Assembly: GCA_964291415.2 (NCBI GenBank)
Contig: OZ219918.1
Location: forward strand, 480,001-544,000
Direction: 5' to 3'
Source: Alphaproteobacteria bacterium
GTDB lineage: Bacteria; Pseudomonadota; Alphaproteobacteria; SP197
Length of the DNA stretch: 64,000 nucleotides
A program made the translations under genes and the position numbers. Positions 1 through 10,507 of the stretch are shown one piece after another (position 1 is the first letter of the stretch; every line of letters begins with the position of its first letter). The notes under the pieces were generated by a model. That model was not told where the DNA came from. It saw only the letters and a program-made list of their open reading frames with translations, and searched no databases.

Positions 1-321
1 AGCGGCGATCCGTTTGTCGAGCCATGGTTTCCATCGTCTCGCAAGCTCCTGCCAGTCCGCGCGGGTCGGAGACCGGCCCGCGGGCAGATCGTCGAGCATC
101 GCGCGCACTTCCTCGAGTGTCAGGCCCACCCGTTGCGCGGCCCGGATGAACGAGACCCGGCGAATCACGTCGCGCGCATAGCGCCTCTGATTGCCCGGCG
201 TGCGCAGCGACTCGATCAAGGCCTTTTCCTCGTAGAAGCGGAGCGCTGACGTAGCGAGCCCCGTGCGCCGGGCAACGTCTCCGATCGAGAGGCTGGTTTT
301 CTGCCATCGCGTGGTCTGCAT
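1..321 (-). CDS. soxR: Redox-sensitive MerR-family transcriptional activator SoxR (3' end runs off the window)
   Basis: Not in the ORF track. Manual translation from ATG at 321 gives MQTTRWQKTSLSIGDVARRTGLATSALRFYEEKALIESLRTPGNQRRYARDVIRRVSFIRAAQRVGLTLEEVR...PTRADWQELARRW, a typical SoxR N-terminus (GNQRRY). A SoxR box lies next to it. Confidence 0.92.
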   Translation of the reverse strand, partial: MQTTRWQKTSLSIGDVARRTGLATSALRFYEEKALIESLRTPGNQRRYARDVIRRVSFIRAAQRVGLTLEEVRAMLDDLPAGRSPTRADWQELARRWKPWLDKRIAA

Positions 322-325
322 GGTC

Positions 326-356
326 TTGACCTCAAGTTTACTTGAAGTTTTAGCAT
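326..356 (+). promoter_or_regulatory. SoxR-dependent promoter with SoxR box
   Basis: -35 TTGACC (326-331), 19-bp spacer, -10 TAGCAT (351-356). The dyad CCTCAAGTTTACTTGAAG (330-347) closely matches the SoxR site CCTCAAGTTAACTTGAGG. A 19-bp spacer is the MerR-family hallmark. Confidence 0.9.
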
Positions 357-388
357 CGCTTCCAGGCGCATCGCAAAGGGAGATCGCC

Positions 389-1857
389 ATGCAGGAGAAG
401 GTGCACGGCCGGTTCCGGACTCGCAGACCGTCAGCTGGCGCGAGGTCGTGCGCGCGAAGGCACTTGCCCCTGTTGCTCGTGATGTGCCTGGCTGATCTGG
501 TTGCATGCGGCCAACACGTTGCTGGCAGCGACGACACTTCCGGAAGCGGTCGGCGACATCGGCGGCCTGCGCCTCATCAGTTGGGCATTCGCCCTTTACC
601 TGATGGGTTCGATCGTCGCCGCCGGCGGCGGTGAGCGCCTTCGTGGCGCGTACCGGACTGCGCCTTGCCATGCTGGTTTCGGCGCTGCTCTACACCTTCG
701 GGTGCATTGCGTGTGCCGCGGCGCCGGCGATGCCCGTCCTGCTTGCGGGCCGCACGGTGCAGGGAGCGGGCGGCGGAGCGCTGGTCGCACTGGTCTTCAT
801 TGCCCAGAACCGTTTCTTCCCGGATCGGCTGGTGCCGAGGATCGTCGCATGCCTTTCATTGACATGGACGGCTTCCGCGCTCAGCGGACCGCTCATCGGT
901 GGTGCGTTCGCGACCGCTGGCCTGTGGCGCTTCGCCTTCTGGTCGTTCGCCTTGCAGGGTGTGGTGCTGGCGGTGTTGCTGTATCCGATGCTTGCCCGCG
1001 CAAGGTCCGATGCGCCCCTGGAGGCAAGGCAACTCCCGGTTGTGCGCCTGATGTTAGTCGCCGGCGCCATCCTCGTGATCTCGTTTGCGGGAGCCGCCAG
1101 TTCGGTCCTCGTCTCGGCCGTGCTCCTGCTGGCGGGGTGCATGTGCGTGTGGCTGTTTGCCGTGCGCGACGCCGCCGCGTCCCGCCGTCTCAGGCTTCTG
1201 CCAAACCATGCGACCAGCCTCGCCCATCCTGTCGGATGCGGCATTGCGATGACCTTCGTGCTCGGTCTTTGCATGATGTCGTTCAGCGTCTACGGCCCCA
1301 TTCTGCTGATCCGGCTGTATGGTCTGACACCTCTTGAGGCCGGCCTTGTGGTGGTGACCGAATCGCTCGGCTGGGGTGCCGGCGCGTTTTTCCTGTCCGG
1401 ACTGGCGCCCACATACGAGGGCCGGCTGATTCGGCTTGGCAGTGTCCTGCTGGCGGCCGGACTCGCCGCACAGGCGTGGTTTGTTCCCCATGGTCCGTTG
1501 TGGTTTGTCGTCGCATCCGCCTTCATCGGCAACGCCGGATTCGGCATGATCTGGGGCTACGTCATCAAGCACGTGGTCGCGAGCACCGGGCGCGATGACC
1601 GGGACCGGGCGAGTTCCATGCTGCCGAGTACACAGCAGACCGCATTCGCGATCGGCGCCGCGCTGACCGGTATCATCGCCAACGCGCTCGGGTTCGAGCG
1701 GATGTCGCAGCCCGGGGAGTTCAGAACCGCCGCACTTTGGCTTTTCGGCGCCTTCGTGCCGCCCGCCGTGATCGGAACCTTGATCGCGTGGCGCTTCAGC
1801 CGCCTTATCGCCCCCGCCCGCTGCCCATCTCCTGCAGATTCCTTGAAACCTGATTGA
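389..1857 (+). pseudogene. MFS efflux transporter with a frameshifted 5' end (pseudogene or sequencing error)
   Basis: RBS AAGGGAG precedes ATG 389. MFS-like sequence is spread over three frames: ...RHLPLLLVMCLA, then IWLHAANTLLAATTLPEAVGDIGG...SWAFALYLMGSIV, then VSAFVARTGLR...LLAGRTVQGAGGG (631-1857, many TM helices). Confidence 0.75.
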
Positions 1858-1951
1858 TGGATGTCACGGCAGCGGCCTGCCTCCGGTCGCCAGGGTGGCG
1901 TCCGTCAGGATCTCGAACACGCGTCGGAGACTCCGGGCGATTCCGCTGGGA

Positions 1952-3124
1952 TCAGGGGCCGATGGCGTCGAGTGAAGCGTCGAGTTCGGCGATGAGGTCG
2001 GTCTCGTCCTCGATGCCCACCGAGAGGCGCACCAGGCTGTCGGTGATTCCCAGTTCCTCGCGCACGCCGGCCGGCACGGAGGCATGGGTCATGATGGCGG
2101 GGTGCTCGATCAGGCTCTCGACACCGCCGAGGCTCTCGGCAAGGGCAAAGAGACGGCACGCCTCGAGGAACCTGCGGGTTCCGGCGAGGTCGGTGTCGAG
2201 AACGGCCGACACCATGCCCCCGAAGGCGTTCATCTGGGTCGAGGCAAGACGGTGCTGCGGGTGAGTGGCCAGTCCGGGATAGTGGACGCGCCTGACCCGT
2301 GGGTGCCTCTCGAGGTGCCGGGCGATGGCGAGCGCATTGGCCGAGTGACGCTCCATCCTGAGGTGCAGGGTCTTCAGCCCCCTCAGGGCGAGGAAGGCGT
2401 CGAAAGGCCCCTGGATGCCGCCGACAGCGTTCTGCAGATAGCCGAGTCGATCAACGAGGCCGCTGTCGTCCGCAGCCACGACGAGTCCTCCGACCATGTC
2501 CGAATGGCCGTTGAGGTACTTGGTCACGGAATGGACGACGAGATCGAAGCCGTGATCGATCGGCCGCTGGATCCACGGCGTGGCGAAGGTGTTGTCGCAG
2601 ACCGCGATGCACCCCGCTTCGCGGGCGACGCGGCTCACCATGGAAAGATTGACCACGGACAGCAGGGGGTTGGTCGGCGTTTCCACCCAGATCATCCGGG
2701 TATCCCGGGTCATGGCGCTGCGCAGCGCCGCCTCGTCGGTCATGTCGACAAAACTGAAGGACAGTCCGGCACTGTCCTGGCGGACACCGGTAAAGAGCCT
2801 GCGGGTGCCGCCGTAAAGGTCATCCCCCGCCACCACATGGCTCCCCGACGCCAGAAGTTCCAGAATTGTCGACGTCGCGGCGAGCCCGGACGCGAAGGCG
2901 AAACCCCGGCTGCCATTCTCGAGATCGGCAACGCAGGCCTCCAGGGCCCCGCGTGTCGGATTCTGGGATCGCGAATACTCATACCCCTTGTGGACACCCG
3001 GGCTCTCCTGGACATAGGTCGACGTGGCATAGATCGGTGTCATGATGGCCCCGGTCGAAGGATCGGCCGACTGGCCCGCATGGATGGCCCGGGAGGCGAA
3101 TCGGGGGCGATTGGGACGTGTCAT
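1952..3124 (-). CDS. Cystathionine gamma-lyase/gamma-synthase (PLP-dependent trans-sulfuration family)
   Basis: Motifs YSRSQNPTR, ETPTNP, DNTFATP, HSVTKYLNGHSD (PLP lysine), LAESLGGVESL, RLSVGIED. Start placed at ATG 3124. Confidence 0.93.
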   Translation of the reverse strand: MTRPNRPRFASRAIHAGQSADPSTGAIMTPIYATSTYVQESPGVHKGYEYSRSQNPTRGALEACVADLENGSRGFAFASGLAATSTILELLASGSHVVAGDDLYGGTRRLFTGVRQDSAGLSFSFVDMTDEAALRSAMTRDTRMIWVETPTNPLLSVVNLSMVSRVAREAGCIAVCDNTFATPWIQRPIDHGFDLVVHSVTKYLNGHSDMVGGLVVAADDSGLVDRLGYLQNAVGGIQGPFDAFLALRGLKTLHLRMERHSANALAIARHLERHPRVRRVHYPGLATHPQHRLASTQMNAFGGMVSAVLDTDLAGTRRFLEACRLFALAESLGGVESLIEHPAIMTHASVPAGVREELGITDSLVRLSVGIEDETDLIAELDASLDAIGP

Positions 3125-3233
3125 GGGGTCGAACTCATCTGTGACGTTCCTTCCTTGCAGTCTTGCCCCGTCCAGCGTCAAGCTGCGGCGCTTCCCCTTT
3201 TCAGGATGGTCCGATCCGGCGGGAGACGGGAGA

Positions 3234-4670
3234 ATGGTGATGAGCGACGACGATCTCAACTACATGTCCGCTTCGCAGGCGGCGCGGTGCTTTAGGGAAC
3301 GCACACTGTCGCCGGTGGACCTGCTGGAGTCCCTGATCGAACGGGCCGAGGCCATATCCGACACCATCAATCCCTTTGGCGACTGTTACTTCGACGAGGC
3401 GCGCCAGCAGGCAAGGGAAGCCGAGAAGGCCTTCATGGGCGGCGGCGCGGACCCCGGACCGCTGGCCGGTGTTCCCCTGGCGGTCAAGGATTCCTCGCGC
3501 ATCTCCGGCAGGCGGTCGGCGCGGGGCTCGATGATCTACCGGGACAACATCGACGAGGTGACCGATCCCGACATCGCGAGGCTTCTGGAGGCCGGCGCCA
3601 TCCTCTTCGCGCGCACGACGATGCCCGAGTTCGGGTGGCTCTATACAACCCACTCGCGCCTGTGGGGTGTCACCCACAATCCCTGGCGCCACGGTATCTC
3701 TCCCGGCGGCTCCTCCGGCGGTTCGGCTGCCGCCCTGGCCGCCGGCGCCACCACCATCGCCACCGGTGGCGACAGCACGGGCTCGATCCGGCAACCGGCA
3801 AGCCAGTGCGGGATCGTCGGCTGGCAGGCGCCTTTCGGACGCATTCCCATGCCCGGAAGGAGCAGCTTTGCCATGTACCTGCATCACGGGCCCATGACCC
3901 GTTCGGTGAGGGATGCGGCGTGGATGGCCAATCTCATGTCGGGCCCCCATCCCCTCGATCACAACAGCCTGGCCGACAGGGTCACGGTGCCGGAAGACCC
4001 CGACAGCATCGCCGGCATGAAGATCGCCTGTTCGATCGATCTGGGTTGCTACGAGGTCATCGCCGACGTGGAACGTCAGACGCGTCTGGCCCTGGCGGCT
4101 CTCGAGGATGCCGGGGCCGTCATCACCGAGGTGCCGGTGGACTGGGCTGAAGAGGCGATTCGCCTCGGTCACGGCGGTCAGGAGTTCCTTGCCGCCGACG
4201 AGTTCGCGAAGATCCTCGAAAATCACGGCGACATCGTCAGCGACTACATGCCCGAGCTCGTGGCCACCACCAGGCGCTTCACGGCTGCCGATTACAGTCG
4301 CTCGCTGGAGGTCGCCGGCGAGGTCTGGAACAACCATCTCGGACCCCTCTTCGAGCGCCATGACATCTTCATCACACCCACGGTGTCCTGTCCGCACCTC
4401 CCGGCGACGGCGTGGCAGCAGGACACCGTCAACGTCAACGGCAAGGATGTCACCGACACCCAGACCGCCATGACCGTGCTGTGGAACATGTTCGGCCATT
4501 CGCCGGTGCTTGCGGTGCCGTCAGGGTTGACCGCAGACGGTCTTCCGACCGGTATCCAGATCGTCGGCCGGCCCTTCGCGGACGGTTCGGTGTTCCGTGT
4601 CGGTCACGCGCTGGAGGAACGCCGTCCCTGGCTCGACTGCCCGGAACGCCGGCCCGTGCTGGCCCTCTGA
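3234..4670 (+). CDS. Amidase signature family protein
   Basis: GPLAGVPLAVKD, PGGSSGGSAAA and GGDSTGSIRQPA (Ser-cisSer-Lys triad), plus GLPTGIQIVG. Confidence 0.9.
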   Translation: MVMSDDDLNYMSASQAARCFRERTLSPVDLLESLIERAEAISDTINPFGDCYFDEARQQAREAEKAFMGGGADPGPLAGVPLAVKDSSRISGRRSARGSMIYRDNIDEVTDPDIARLLEAGAILFARTTMPEFGWLYTTHSRLWGVTHNPWRHGISPGGSSGGSAAALAAGATTIATGGDSTGSIRQPASQCGIVGWQAPFGRIPMPGRSSFAMYLHHGPMTRSVRDAAWMANLMSGPHPLDHNSLADRVTVPEDPDSIAGMKIACSIDLGCYEVIADVERQTRLALAALEDAGAVITEVPVDWAEEAIRLGHGGQEFLAADEFAKILENHGDIVSDYMPELVATTRRFTAADYSRSLEVAGEVWNNHLGPLFERHDIFITPTVSCPHLPATAWQQDTVNVNGKDVTDTQTAMTVLWNMFGHSPVLAVPSGLTADGLPTGIQIVGRPFADGSVFRVGHALEERRPWLDCPERRPVLAL

Positions 4671-4771
4671 ACGGGGAGTACCGGCGCCTGGTCCCAGATC
4701 TGCCTTCCGATGGATTGTGATCCGGCCGGAGGTCGATTGGAATGGCGGCTGTTGCGGTCTAGCATCCCGGC

Positions 4772-6784
4772 ATGACGGTTCGCACGAAGTTTCCGCGAGA
4801 GGTTCGCGAGGAACGCTATCTTCGTATTCCGGTATCGCGGGGGCGGTGCTTGGCCGGGCGCATGTGGCTGCCCGTCGACAGCAGCCATGATCCGGTGCCG
4901 GCCATCGTCGAGGCGATTCCATACAGGCGGCTCGACGGAACCATTATTCAGGACGCCCTGACACATCCCTGGTGGGCGGGTCACGGCTATGCCTCCATCC
5001 GTCTCGACCTCGCCGGCTCCGGCGATTCCGGTGGCGTGCTCCACGATGAGTATCTCGCGTGCGAGCAGGACGATCTCTGCGAGGCGCTGGCATGGATCGC
5101 AGCGCAGCCGTGGTGCAGCGGCGCCACCGGCATGGTGGGGATTTCCTGGGGAGGCTTTGCCGCTCTCCAGGTCGCCGCCCGCCGCCCGCCATCGCTCAAG
5201 GCAATCGTCACCTGCTGTTCCACGGACGACAGGTACCGTGACGATGTCCACTACATGGGCGGCTGCCTGCTCAACGATGGCATCAGCTGGGGGAGCGGCC
5301 TCTTCTCGTGCCTGTCCCGCTGGCCGGATCCTCTCATCGTCGGCGATGCATGGCGGGAGATGTGGCGGGAACGCCTCGAAACCACGGGATGCCCGATGAT
5401 CGACTGGTTCCGCCACCAGCGCCGCGACGCCTTCTGGAAACACGGTTCGATCGGCGAGGACCCGGCCGCCGTCGAGGCCGCGGTCTTCATTGTGGGCGGC
5501 TGGACGGACGGCTACACCAATGCGGCACTGCGCATGATGGAACGGCTCCAGGCGCCGCGGCGCGCCCTCATCGGGCCCTGGACCCACGTCTATCCCCACT
5601 TCGGATTCCCCGGGGAGCCGGTCGGTTTTCTCCAGGAAGCCCTGCGATGGTGGGACCGGTGGCTGAAGGACGTGGAGAACGGTATCGATCATGAGCCGGC
5701 GCTCACCGTGTGGATGCAGGAGGAGGCGACACCCCACCCGATGCACCCCGTGATCGGCGGCCACTGGATGAATGTGGACGGATGGCCGCCGGCGACGTCG
5801 TCCCGGTCCCTCTTTCCCGGCGACGGGACGCTCGACAGCGAACCGGCCCGGGACCTGGCGCACCGCGTCGCGACACCGCTCACCGGCGGCCTGGCCGGGG
5901 GCGAGTGGTGCCCCCGGGATGGCGGTGGCACCGGTCCGGAGTTCGCGTCCGACCAGGCGGTGGACGACATGCTGTCGCTCGTTTTCGACAGCGCGGTTCT
6001 CGCCGAACCGCTCGCCATCCTTGGCGCTCCGGAGGTGACACTCGATCTCGCCAGCGACCGTGCCCAGGCCCAGGTCGCCGTCCGGCTCTGCGAGGTCACG
6101 CCGGAAGGCCGGTCGGTCCGGGTGAGTTTCGGTCTTCTCAATCTGGCACACCGCCATTCCCATGAGTGGCCGGCACCGATGATTCCCGGAGAACGCGAGC
6201 GCGTTGTCGTGAGGCTGAACGACACGGCATGGCGCTTCCATCCGGGCAACAGGATTCGCCTCGCCATCGCGACCGGTTACTGGCCCATGGCCTGGCCGTC
6301 GCCGGAAACGGTCACACTGACACTCAATGTCGCAGGGTCCCTGCTTCAACTGCCGGTGATCCGGGAGACCAGGGTCGCGGCCGCTCCCGCCGGGCCCGAA
6401 TTCGCGGCGGATCACCCGGTGACCGTGCTCGAGAAGGAAGAAGCGCGCCTGACGGTCACGAGAGACCTGGGTCCAGGCGAGGTGCAGTTCCACCGCATCG
6501 ACGACACCGGTCGGGTCCGTCTCGATGACATCGATCTCGTGGTGTCCAAGAGGTCGGAAGAGATTTTCCGCATTCGCGAGGACGACCCCTCGAGCGCGCG
6601 CACCGACATGGTCCGCATCGCCAGGGCGGAACGCGGCGACTGGCGGCCCGGGACGGCGGCGCGGATGACCGTCACGTGCGATTCCGAGACCTTCCATATC
6701 GCCGCCACGCTCGAGGCGTTCGACCATGACAGGCGTTTTCTGGCGCGCCAGTGGAACGAGTCCGTTCCGCGAGATCACATGTGA
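4772..6784 (+). CDS. CocE/NonD family (peptidase S15-like) serine hydrolase
   Basis: IPYRR, GSGDSGG, GISWGG nucleophile elbow, GGWTDGY, IGPWTH, and a C-terminal PepX-like jelly-roll region. Confidence 0.9.
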   Translation: MTVRTKFPREVREERYLRIPVSRGRCLAGRMWLPVDSSHDPVPAIVEAIPYRRLDGTIIQDALTHPWWAGHGYASIRLDLAGSGDSGGVLHDEYLACEQDDLCEALAWIAAQPWCSGATGMVGISWGGFAALQVAARRPPSLKAIVTCCSTDDRYRDDVHYMGGCLLNDGISWGSGLFSCLSRWPDPLIVGDAWREMWRERLETTGCPMIDWFRHQRRDAFWKHGSIGEDPAAVEAAVFIVGGWTDGYTNAALRMMERLQAPRRALIGPWTHVYPHFGFPGEPVGFLQEALRWWDRWLKDVENGIDHEPALTVWMQEEATPHPMHPVIGGHWMNVDGWPPATSSRSLFPGDGTLDSEPARDLAHRVATPLTGGLAGGEWCPRDGGGTGPEFASDQAVDDMLSLVFDSAVLAEPLAILGAPEVTLDLASDRAQAQVAVRLCEVTPEGRSVRVSFGLLNLAHRHSHEWPAPMIPGERERVVVRLNDTAWRFHPGNRIRLAIATGYWPMAWPSPETVTLTLNVAGSLLQLPVIRETRVAAAPAGPEFAADHPVTVLEKEEARLTVTRDLGPGEVQFHRIDDTGRVRLDDIDLVVSKRSEEIFRIREDDPSSARTDMVRIARAERGDWRPGTAARMTVTCDSETFHIAATLEAFDHDRRFLARQWNESVPRDHM

Positions 6785-6871
6785 TGGAAGGCCGCTTCAA
6801 CACGATGACAGGAGCTCGCCGGGTTCTCCGCCCGGCCGCGGAGCCGTCACCCGCCGGTTCGGGAGAGTCGG

Positions 6872-8386
6872 TTGAGACGGCGGGACGCCAAGAGACGGGC
6901 GCGACGCCCTGCGAGCGACCTCGTGCCGCAGACGCCGTGGCGGCGCCTCGTGAATCCCTATCCGCCGCTTGGAATCCTCTCCGCCGACCATCTCGAGTCC
7001 ATTCATGACACGTCGTTGCGCGTTCTCGAGGAGCTCGGAATCGAGTTCCTGCTCGACGAGGCCCGCGAACACCTCAAGGCGGTCGGCGCCGAGGTGACGG
7101 GCCAATGCGTGCGTTTCGACCGGGCGCTGGTCATGGAACTGGTGTCACGGGCTCCGCCGGAGTTCACGCTTCATCCGCGCAACCCCGAGCGCGCCGTCAC
7201 CTTCGGCGGCAACCACATCGCCTTCAATTCGGTGGGCGGTCCGGCGAACGCCAGCGATCTCGACGGCGGCCGCCGGCAGGGAAACTTCGCGGACTTCAAG
7301 AACTACATTCGGCTGATACAGAGTCTCGATGTCCTGCACCTGTGTGGCGGCGTTCCCATAGCGCCGATCGATCTGGATGCCGAGACACGCCATCTCGACT
7401 GCATTCAGGCGATCCTGACGCTCTCCGACAAGGTCTGGCACGCCTCGGGCCTGGGCCGCAAGCGGGTGAGCGATGCCGTCGACATGCTGGCCATCGCGCG
7501 GGGCGTCTCGCGGGAGGAGGTGCGCCGGAAACCCGGGTTCTTCACCACAATCAATGTCAATTCGCCGCGGCGCATCGACGGCCCCATGCTCGAAGGGCTG
7601 ATCGAGGCGGCAACCAACGGCCAGGCGGTCTCGTTGACACCCTTCACGCTTTCCGGCGCCATGAGTCCCGCAACCCTTCCAGGCTCGCTGGTCCAGCAGA
7701 ACGCCGAAGCGCTGGCGGGCATCGCCTTCGCCCAGGTCGTTGCTCCCGGAGCGCCGGTCTTCTATGGCAGTTTCACCAGCAACGTCGACATGAGGACGGG
7801 CGCACCGGCTTTCGGGACACCGGAGTACACCAGGGCCACGCTGGTGAGCGGTCAGCTGGCCCGCCGCTACAATCTCCCCTACCGCTCCAGCAACACGAAC
7901 GCTTCGAATACCGTCGATGCCCAGGCAGCCTATGAATCCCAGATGTCGATCTGGGGCGCCGTGCTGGGCCACGCCAACCTCCTTCACCATGCCGCCGGCT
8001 GGCTCGAGGGGGGGCTGACGGCCAGCTTCGAGAAGGCGGTGCTCGATGCCGAGATGCTGCAGATGATCGGCGAGTTTCTGCAGCCCCTCGTCGTCGATGA
8101 CGAGACTCTCGCCTTCGATGCCATTGCCGAGGTTCAGCCAGGCGGGCACTTCTTTGGCGCGCAACATACCCTTCGCCACTACGACACCGCGTTCTACCAG
8201 CCCATGCTGTCCGACTGGCGCAATTTCGAAACCTGGCACGAGGACGGCGCCAGGAACGCGACCAGCCGGGCCAACCGGATCTGGAAGGACCTGCTGCGGC
8301 GCTTCGAGCCGCCGCCGCTCGATCCTGCACGCGCCGAGGAACTCGAGGCATTCGTGCGTCGACGCAAGGAAGAGGAAGCACCATGA
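6872..8386 (+). CDS. Trimethylamine methyltransferase (MttB) superfamily protein, non-pyrrolysine
   Basis: FTLHPRNPER, TPFTLSGAMSP, QQNAEALAG, GSFTSNVDMRTGAPAFGTPE, HAAGWLEGGL. No in-frame TAG is present. Confidence 0.92.
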   Translation: MRRRDAKRRARRPASDLVPQTPWRRLVNPYPPLGILSADHLESIHDTSLRVLEELGIEFLLDEAREHLKAVGAEVTGQCVRFDRALVMELVSRAPPEFTLHPRNPERAVTFGGNHIAFNSVGGPANASDLDGGRRQGNFADFKNYIRLIQSLDVLHLCGGVPIAPIDLDAETRHLDCIQAILTLSDKVWHASGLGRKRVSDAVDMLAIARGVSREEVRRKPGFFTTINVNSPRRIDGPMLEGLIEAATNGQAVSLTPFTLSGAMSPATLPGSLVQQNAEALAGIAFAQVVAPGAPVFYGSFTSNVDMRTGAPAFGTPEYTRATLVSGQLARRYNLPYRSSNTNASNTVDAQAAYESQMSIWGAVLGHANLLHHAAGWLEGGLTASFEKAVLDAEMLQMIGEFLQPLVVDDETLAFDAIAEVQPGGHFFGAQHTLRHYDTAFYQPMLSDWRNFETWHEDGARNATSRANRIWKDLLRRFEPPPLDPARAEELEAFVRRRKEEEAP

Positions 8387-9519
8387 ACGAGAACCTGTTC
8401 GACCCGCATCGCTACGCGGCCACCAGACGGCCGTTGCTGGAGGCCGAGACACTTCCCGGGGAGTGCTACACCTCCGAGGGCTTCTTCCGCCGCGAGGTGG
8501 AGACGATTTTCATGAAGTGCTGGAACTTCATCGGCCGGGAGGACCGGGTGCCGGAGCCGGGCTGCTATTTTTCCCTCGACTTCGTCGGCATCCCCGTCGT
8601 CATCGTGCGTGGCCGGGATTCAAGGGTCCGCGCCTTCGCCAACACCTGTCGGCACCGCGGCGCCCGGGTGGTGTCGGGCGAGGGCCGGTCTCACACCTTT
8701 TCCTGCCCCTACCACGCCTGGACATACGCCATCGACGACGGACGCCTCATCGGCGCCATGGACATGGAGGAGACGACCGGCTTCGACCGCAAGCATTTCG
8801 GTCTCATCGAACTCAGGCTGGAAATCTGGGCCGGGTTCATGTTCCTGAACTTCGATTCCGAGGCCGAATCGCTGGAGTCCTGGCTCGGCGATCTTCCCCG
8901 GATTCTCGCCCCTTACGATCTTGACGCCATGGTGACGACGAGGCGCGTCAGTTATGACCTCGACTGCAACTGGAAGGTCTATGTCGAAAACGCGATGGAG
9001 AGCTACCATGTTCCCACCGTTCACCAGCAGACCATCCAGAAGCAGAAACGCGATCACAATCCGCCGATTGAGGCCGATGGCCAGTACTGCGGGCTGTTCA
9101 CCCGCCACAAGGGGAGCCGCGCCCTGCTCGAGGGCATGAAGGGCTTCCCCCATATCCCCACCCTCGAGGGGCGCTCGGCCGAGGGCACCTACTACATCCT
9201 TCTCTATCCCTCGACCATGTTCGGCCTGACCTACGACTGCATGTGGTGGCTTGAACTCCATCCGCTCTCGGCCGGGAAGACGCGGCTGATCGTCGGATCC
9301 TGCTTTCCCGATTCGACCGCACAGCGCAGCGATTTCGCCGAGCTGGCGCCCAACTACTACGAGCGCTGGAACCGGTCGATCGTCGAGGACAACGACGTCT
9401 CCAATCTCCAGCAGATCGGCCTTTGCTCGCCCTTTGTCTCGCCAGGCAGGTTCAGCCACCTCGAACCCCTGGTTCACGCCATCGACAACTGGGTCCTCGA
9501 CCGCGTGCTCGATCCATGA
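8383..9519 (+). CDS. Rieske non-heme iron oxygenase alpha subunit (choline/betaine monooxygenase-like)
   Basis: Rieske motif CRHRG...CPYH and mononuclear Fe motif NWKVYVENAMESYHVPTVH...ED. Overlaps the upstream stop (ATGA). Confidence 0.9.
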   Translation: MNENLFDPHRYAATRRPLLEAETLPGECYTSEGFFRREVETIFMKCWNFIGREDRVPEPGCYFSLDFVGIPVVIVRGRDSRVRAFANTCRHRGARVVSGEGRSHTFSCPYHAWTYAIDDGRLIGAMDMEETTGFDRKHFGLIELRLEIWAGFMFLNFDSEAESLESWLGDLPRILAPYDLDAMVTTRRVSYDLDCNWKVYVENAMESYHVPTVHQQTIQKQKRDHNPPIEADGQYCGLFTRHKGSRALLEGMKGFPHIPTLEGRSAEGTYYILLYPSTMFGLTYDCMWWLELHPLSAGKTRLIVGSCFPDSTAQRSDFAELAPNYYERWNRSIVEDNDVSNLQQIGLCSPFVSPGRFSHLEPLVHAIDNWVLDRVLDP

Positions 9520-10505
9520 CACTGAAGGTTCACGTCAGCTTCCTTTCCGCCCAGGCGCGCGTCTTCCACGTGACCGAGGATCTGGTGGCGGAGGCGTCGG
9601 CGCGTCATCCGGACCTCGCGCGCCATGTCCGTTTCGACTGGAGCGTGGACCATGACCGCTTTGCCGAAGGCGTGGCTGACGCCGACATCCTGATCGGCTG
9701 GCGGTTTCCCATGCGCGAACTCAGGTCCATGGCGCCGAGGCTCACGTGGATCACGCTCACCGGAGCCGGAACCGAACACCTGCAGCCCTTCGACTGGACC
9801 TGGCGGGGCCTTGCCATCACCAACAACAGCGGCGTCCATGGCTCGAAAGCTGCCGAGTTTGCCGCGGCGTCGGTGCTCGCCATGGCGCACGGACTGCCGC
9901 ACTTCGCCCATGCCAAGGCCGAGCGGCGGTGGTCGCGGCGGTTCACCACCCGGATCGAGGGCGGGACAGCCGTCGTGATCGGCCTGGGCGGCATGGGCGG
10001 CCCGACGGCGCGCTGGCTGCGTCAGCGCCTCGCCATGAATGTGATCGGCGTCACGCGCCGCGGCCAGCCTTTCCGCTGGGCCGATCGCGTGGTCGCCGTC
10101 GATGCCATCGACACGGTACTGGGCGAGGCCGATACCGTCGTCGTGATGGCGCCGCTCACGCCGGAGACCCGCAACCTTCTGGATCGCCGCCGGCTCTCGC
10201 TGATGAAACCGGGGGCGACGCTCCTCAACATGGGGCGGGCTGCGATCGTCGACGTCGATGCGCTCGGCGACCTTCTCGAAAGCGGTCATCTCGCAGCGGC
10301 CCATCTCGATGTCTTCGACCCCGAACCGCTGCCTCCCGACTCGCGCCTGTGGACGGTCCCCGATCTCTTCATGTCGCCCCACTGCTCGTCAGACGATGTC
10401 AGGACCTACATTCCCGACACGCTGGATCTCTTCTTCGACAACCTTTCCCGCCGGATTCGCGGCGCCCGGCTGCGCAACCGAATCAGCACCGTGCACCGGT
10501 ACTGA
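9516..10505 (+). CDS. D-2-hydroxyacid dehydrogenase family protein
   Basis: GLGGMG Rossmann motif, NMGRA, DVFDPEP, SPH. ATG 9516 is coupled to the upstream stop. Confidence 0.88.
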   Translation: MTLKVHVSFLSAQARVFHVTEDLVAEASARHPDLARHVRFDWSVDHDRFAEGVADADILIGWRFPMRELRSMAPRLTWITLTGAGTEHLQPFDWTWRGLAITNNSGVHGSKAAEFAAASVLAMAHGLPHFAHAKAERRWSRRFTTRIEGGTAVVIGLGGMGGPTARWLRQRLAMNVIGVTRRGQPFRWADRVVAVDAIDTVLGEADTVVVMAPLTPETRNLLDRRRLSLMKPGATLLNMGRAAIVDVDALGDLLESGHLAAAHLDVFDPEPLPPDSRLWTVPDLFMSPHCSSDDVRTYIPDTLDLFFDNLSRRIRGARLRNRISTVHRY

Positions 10506-10507
10506 CG

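Noticed and set aside
6872-8386. Possible pyrrolysine (amber) recoding in the MttB homolog
   Set aside because: There is no in-frame TAG, the equivalent position reads Trp, and no pyl genes are present.
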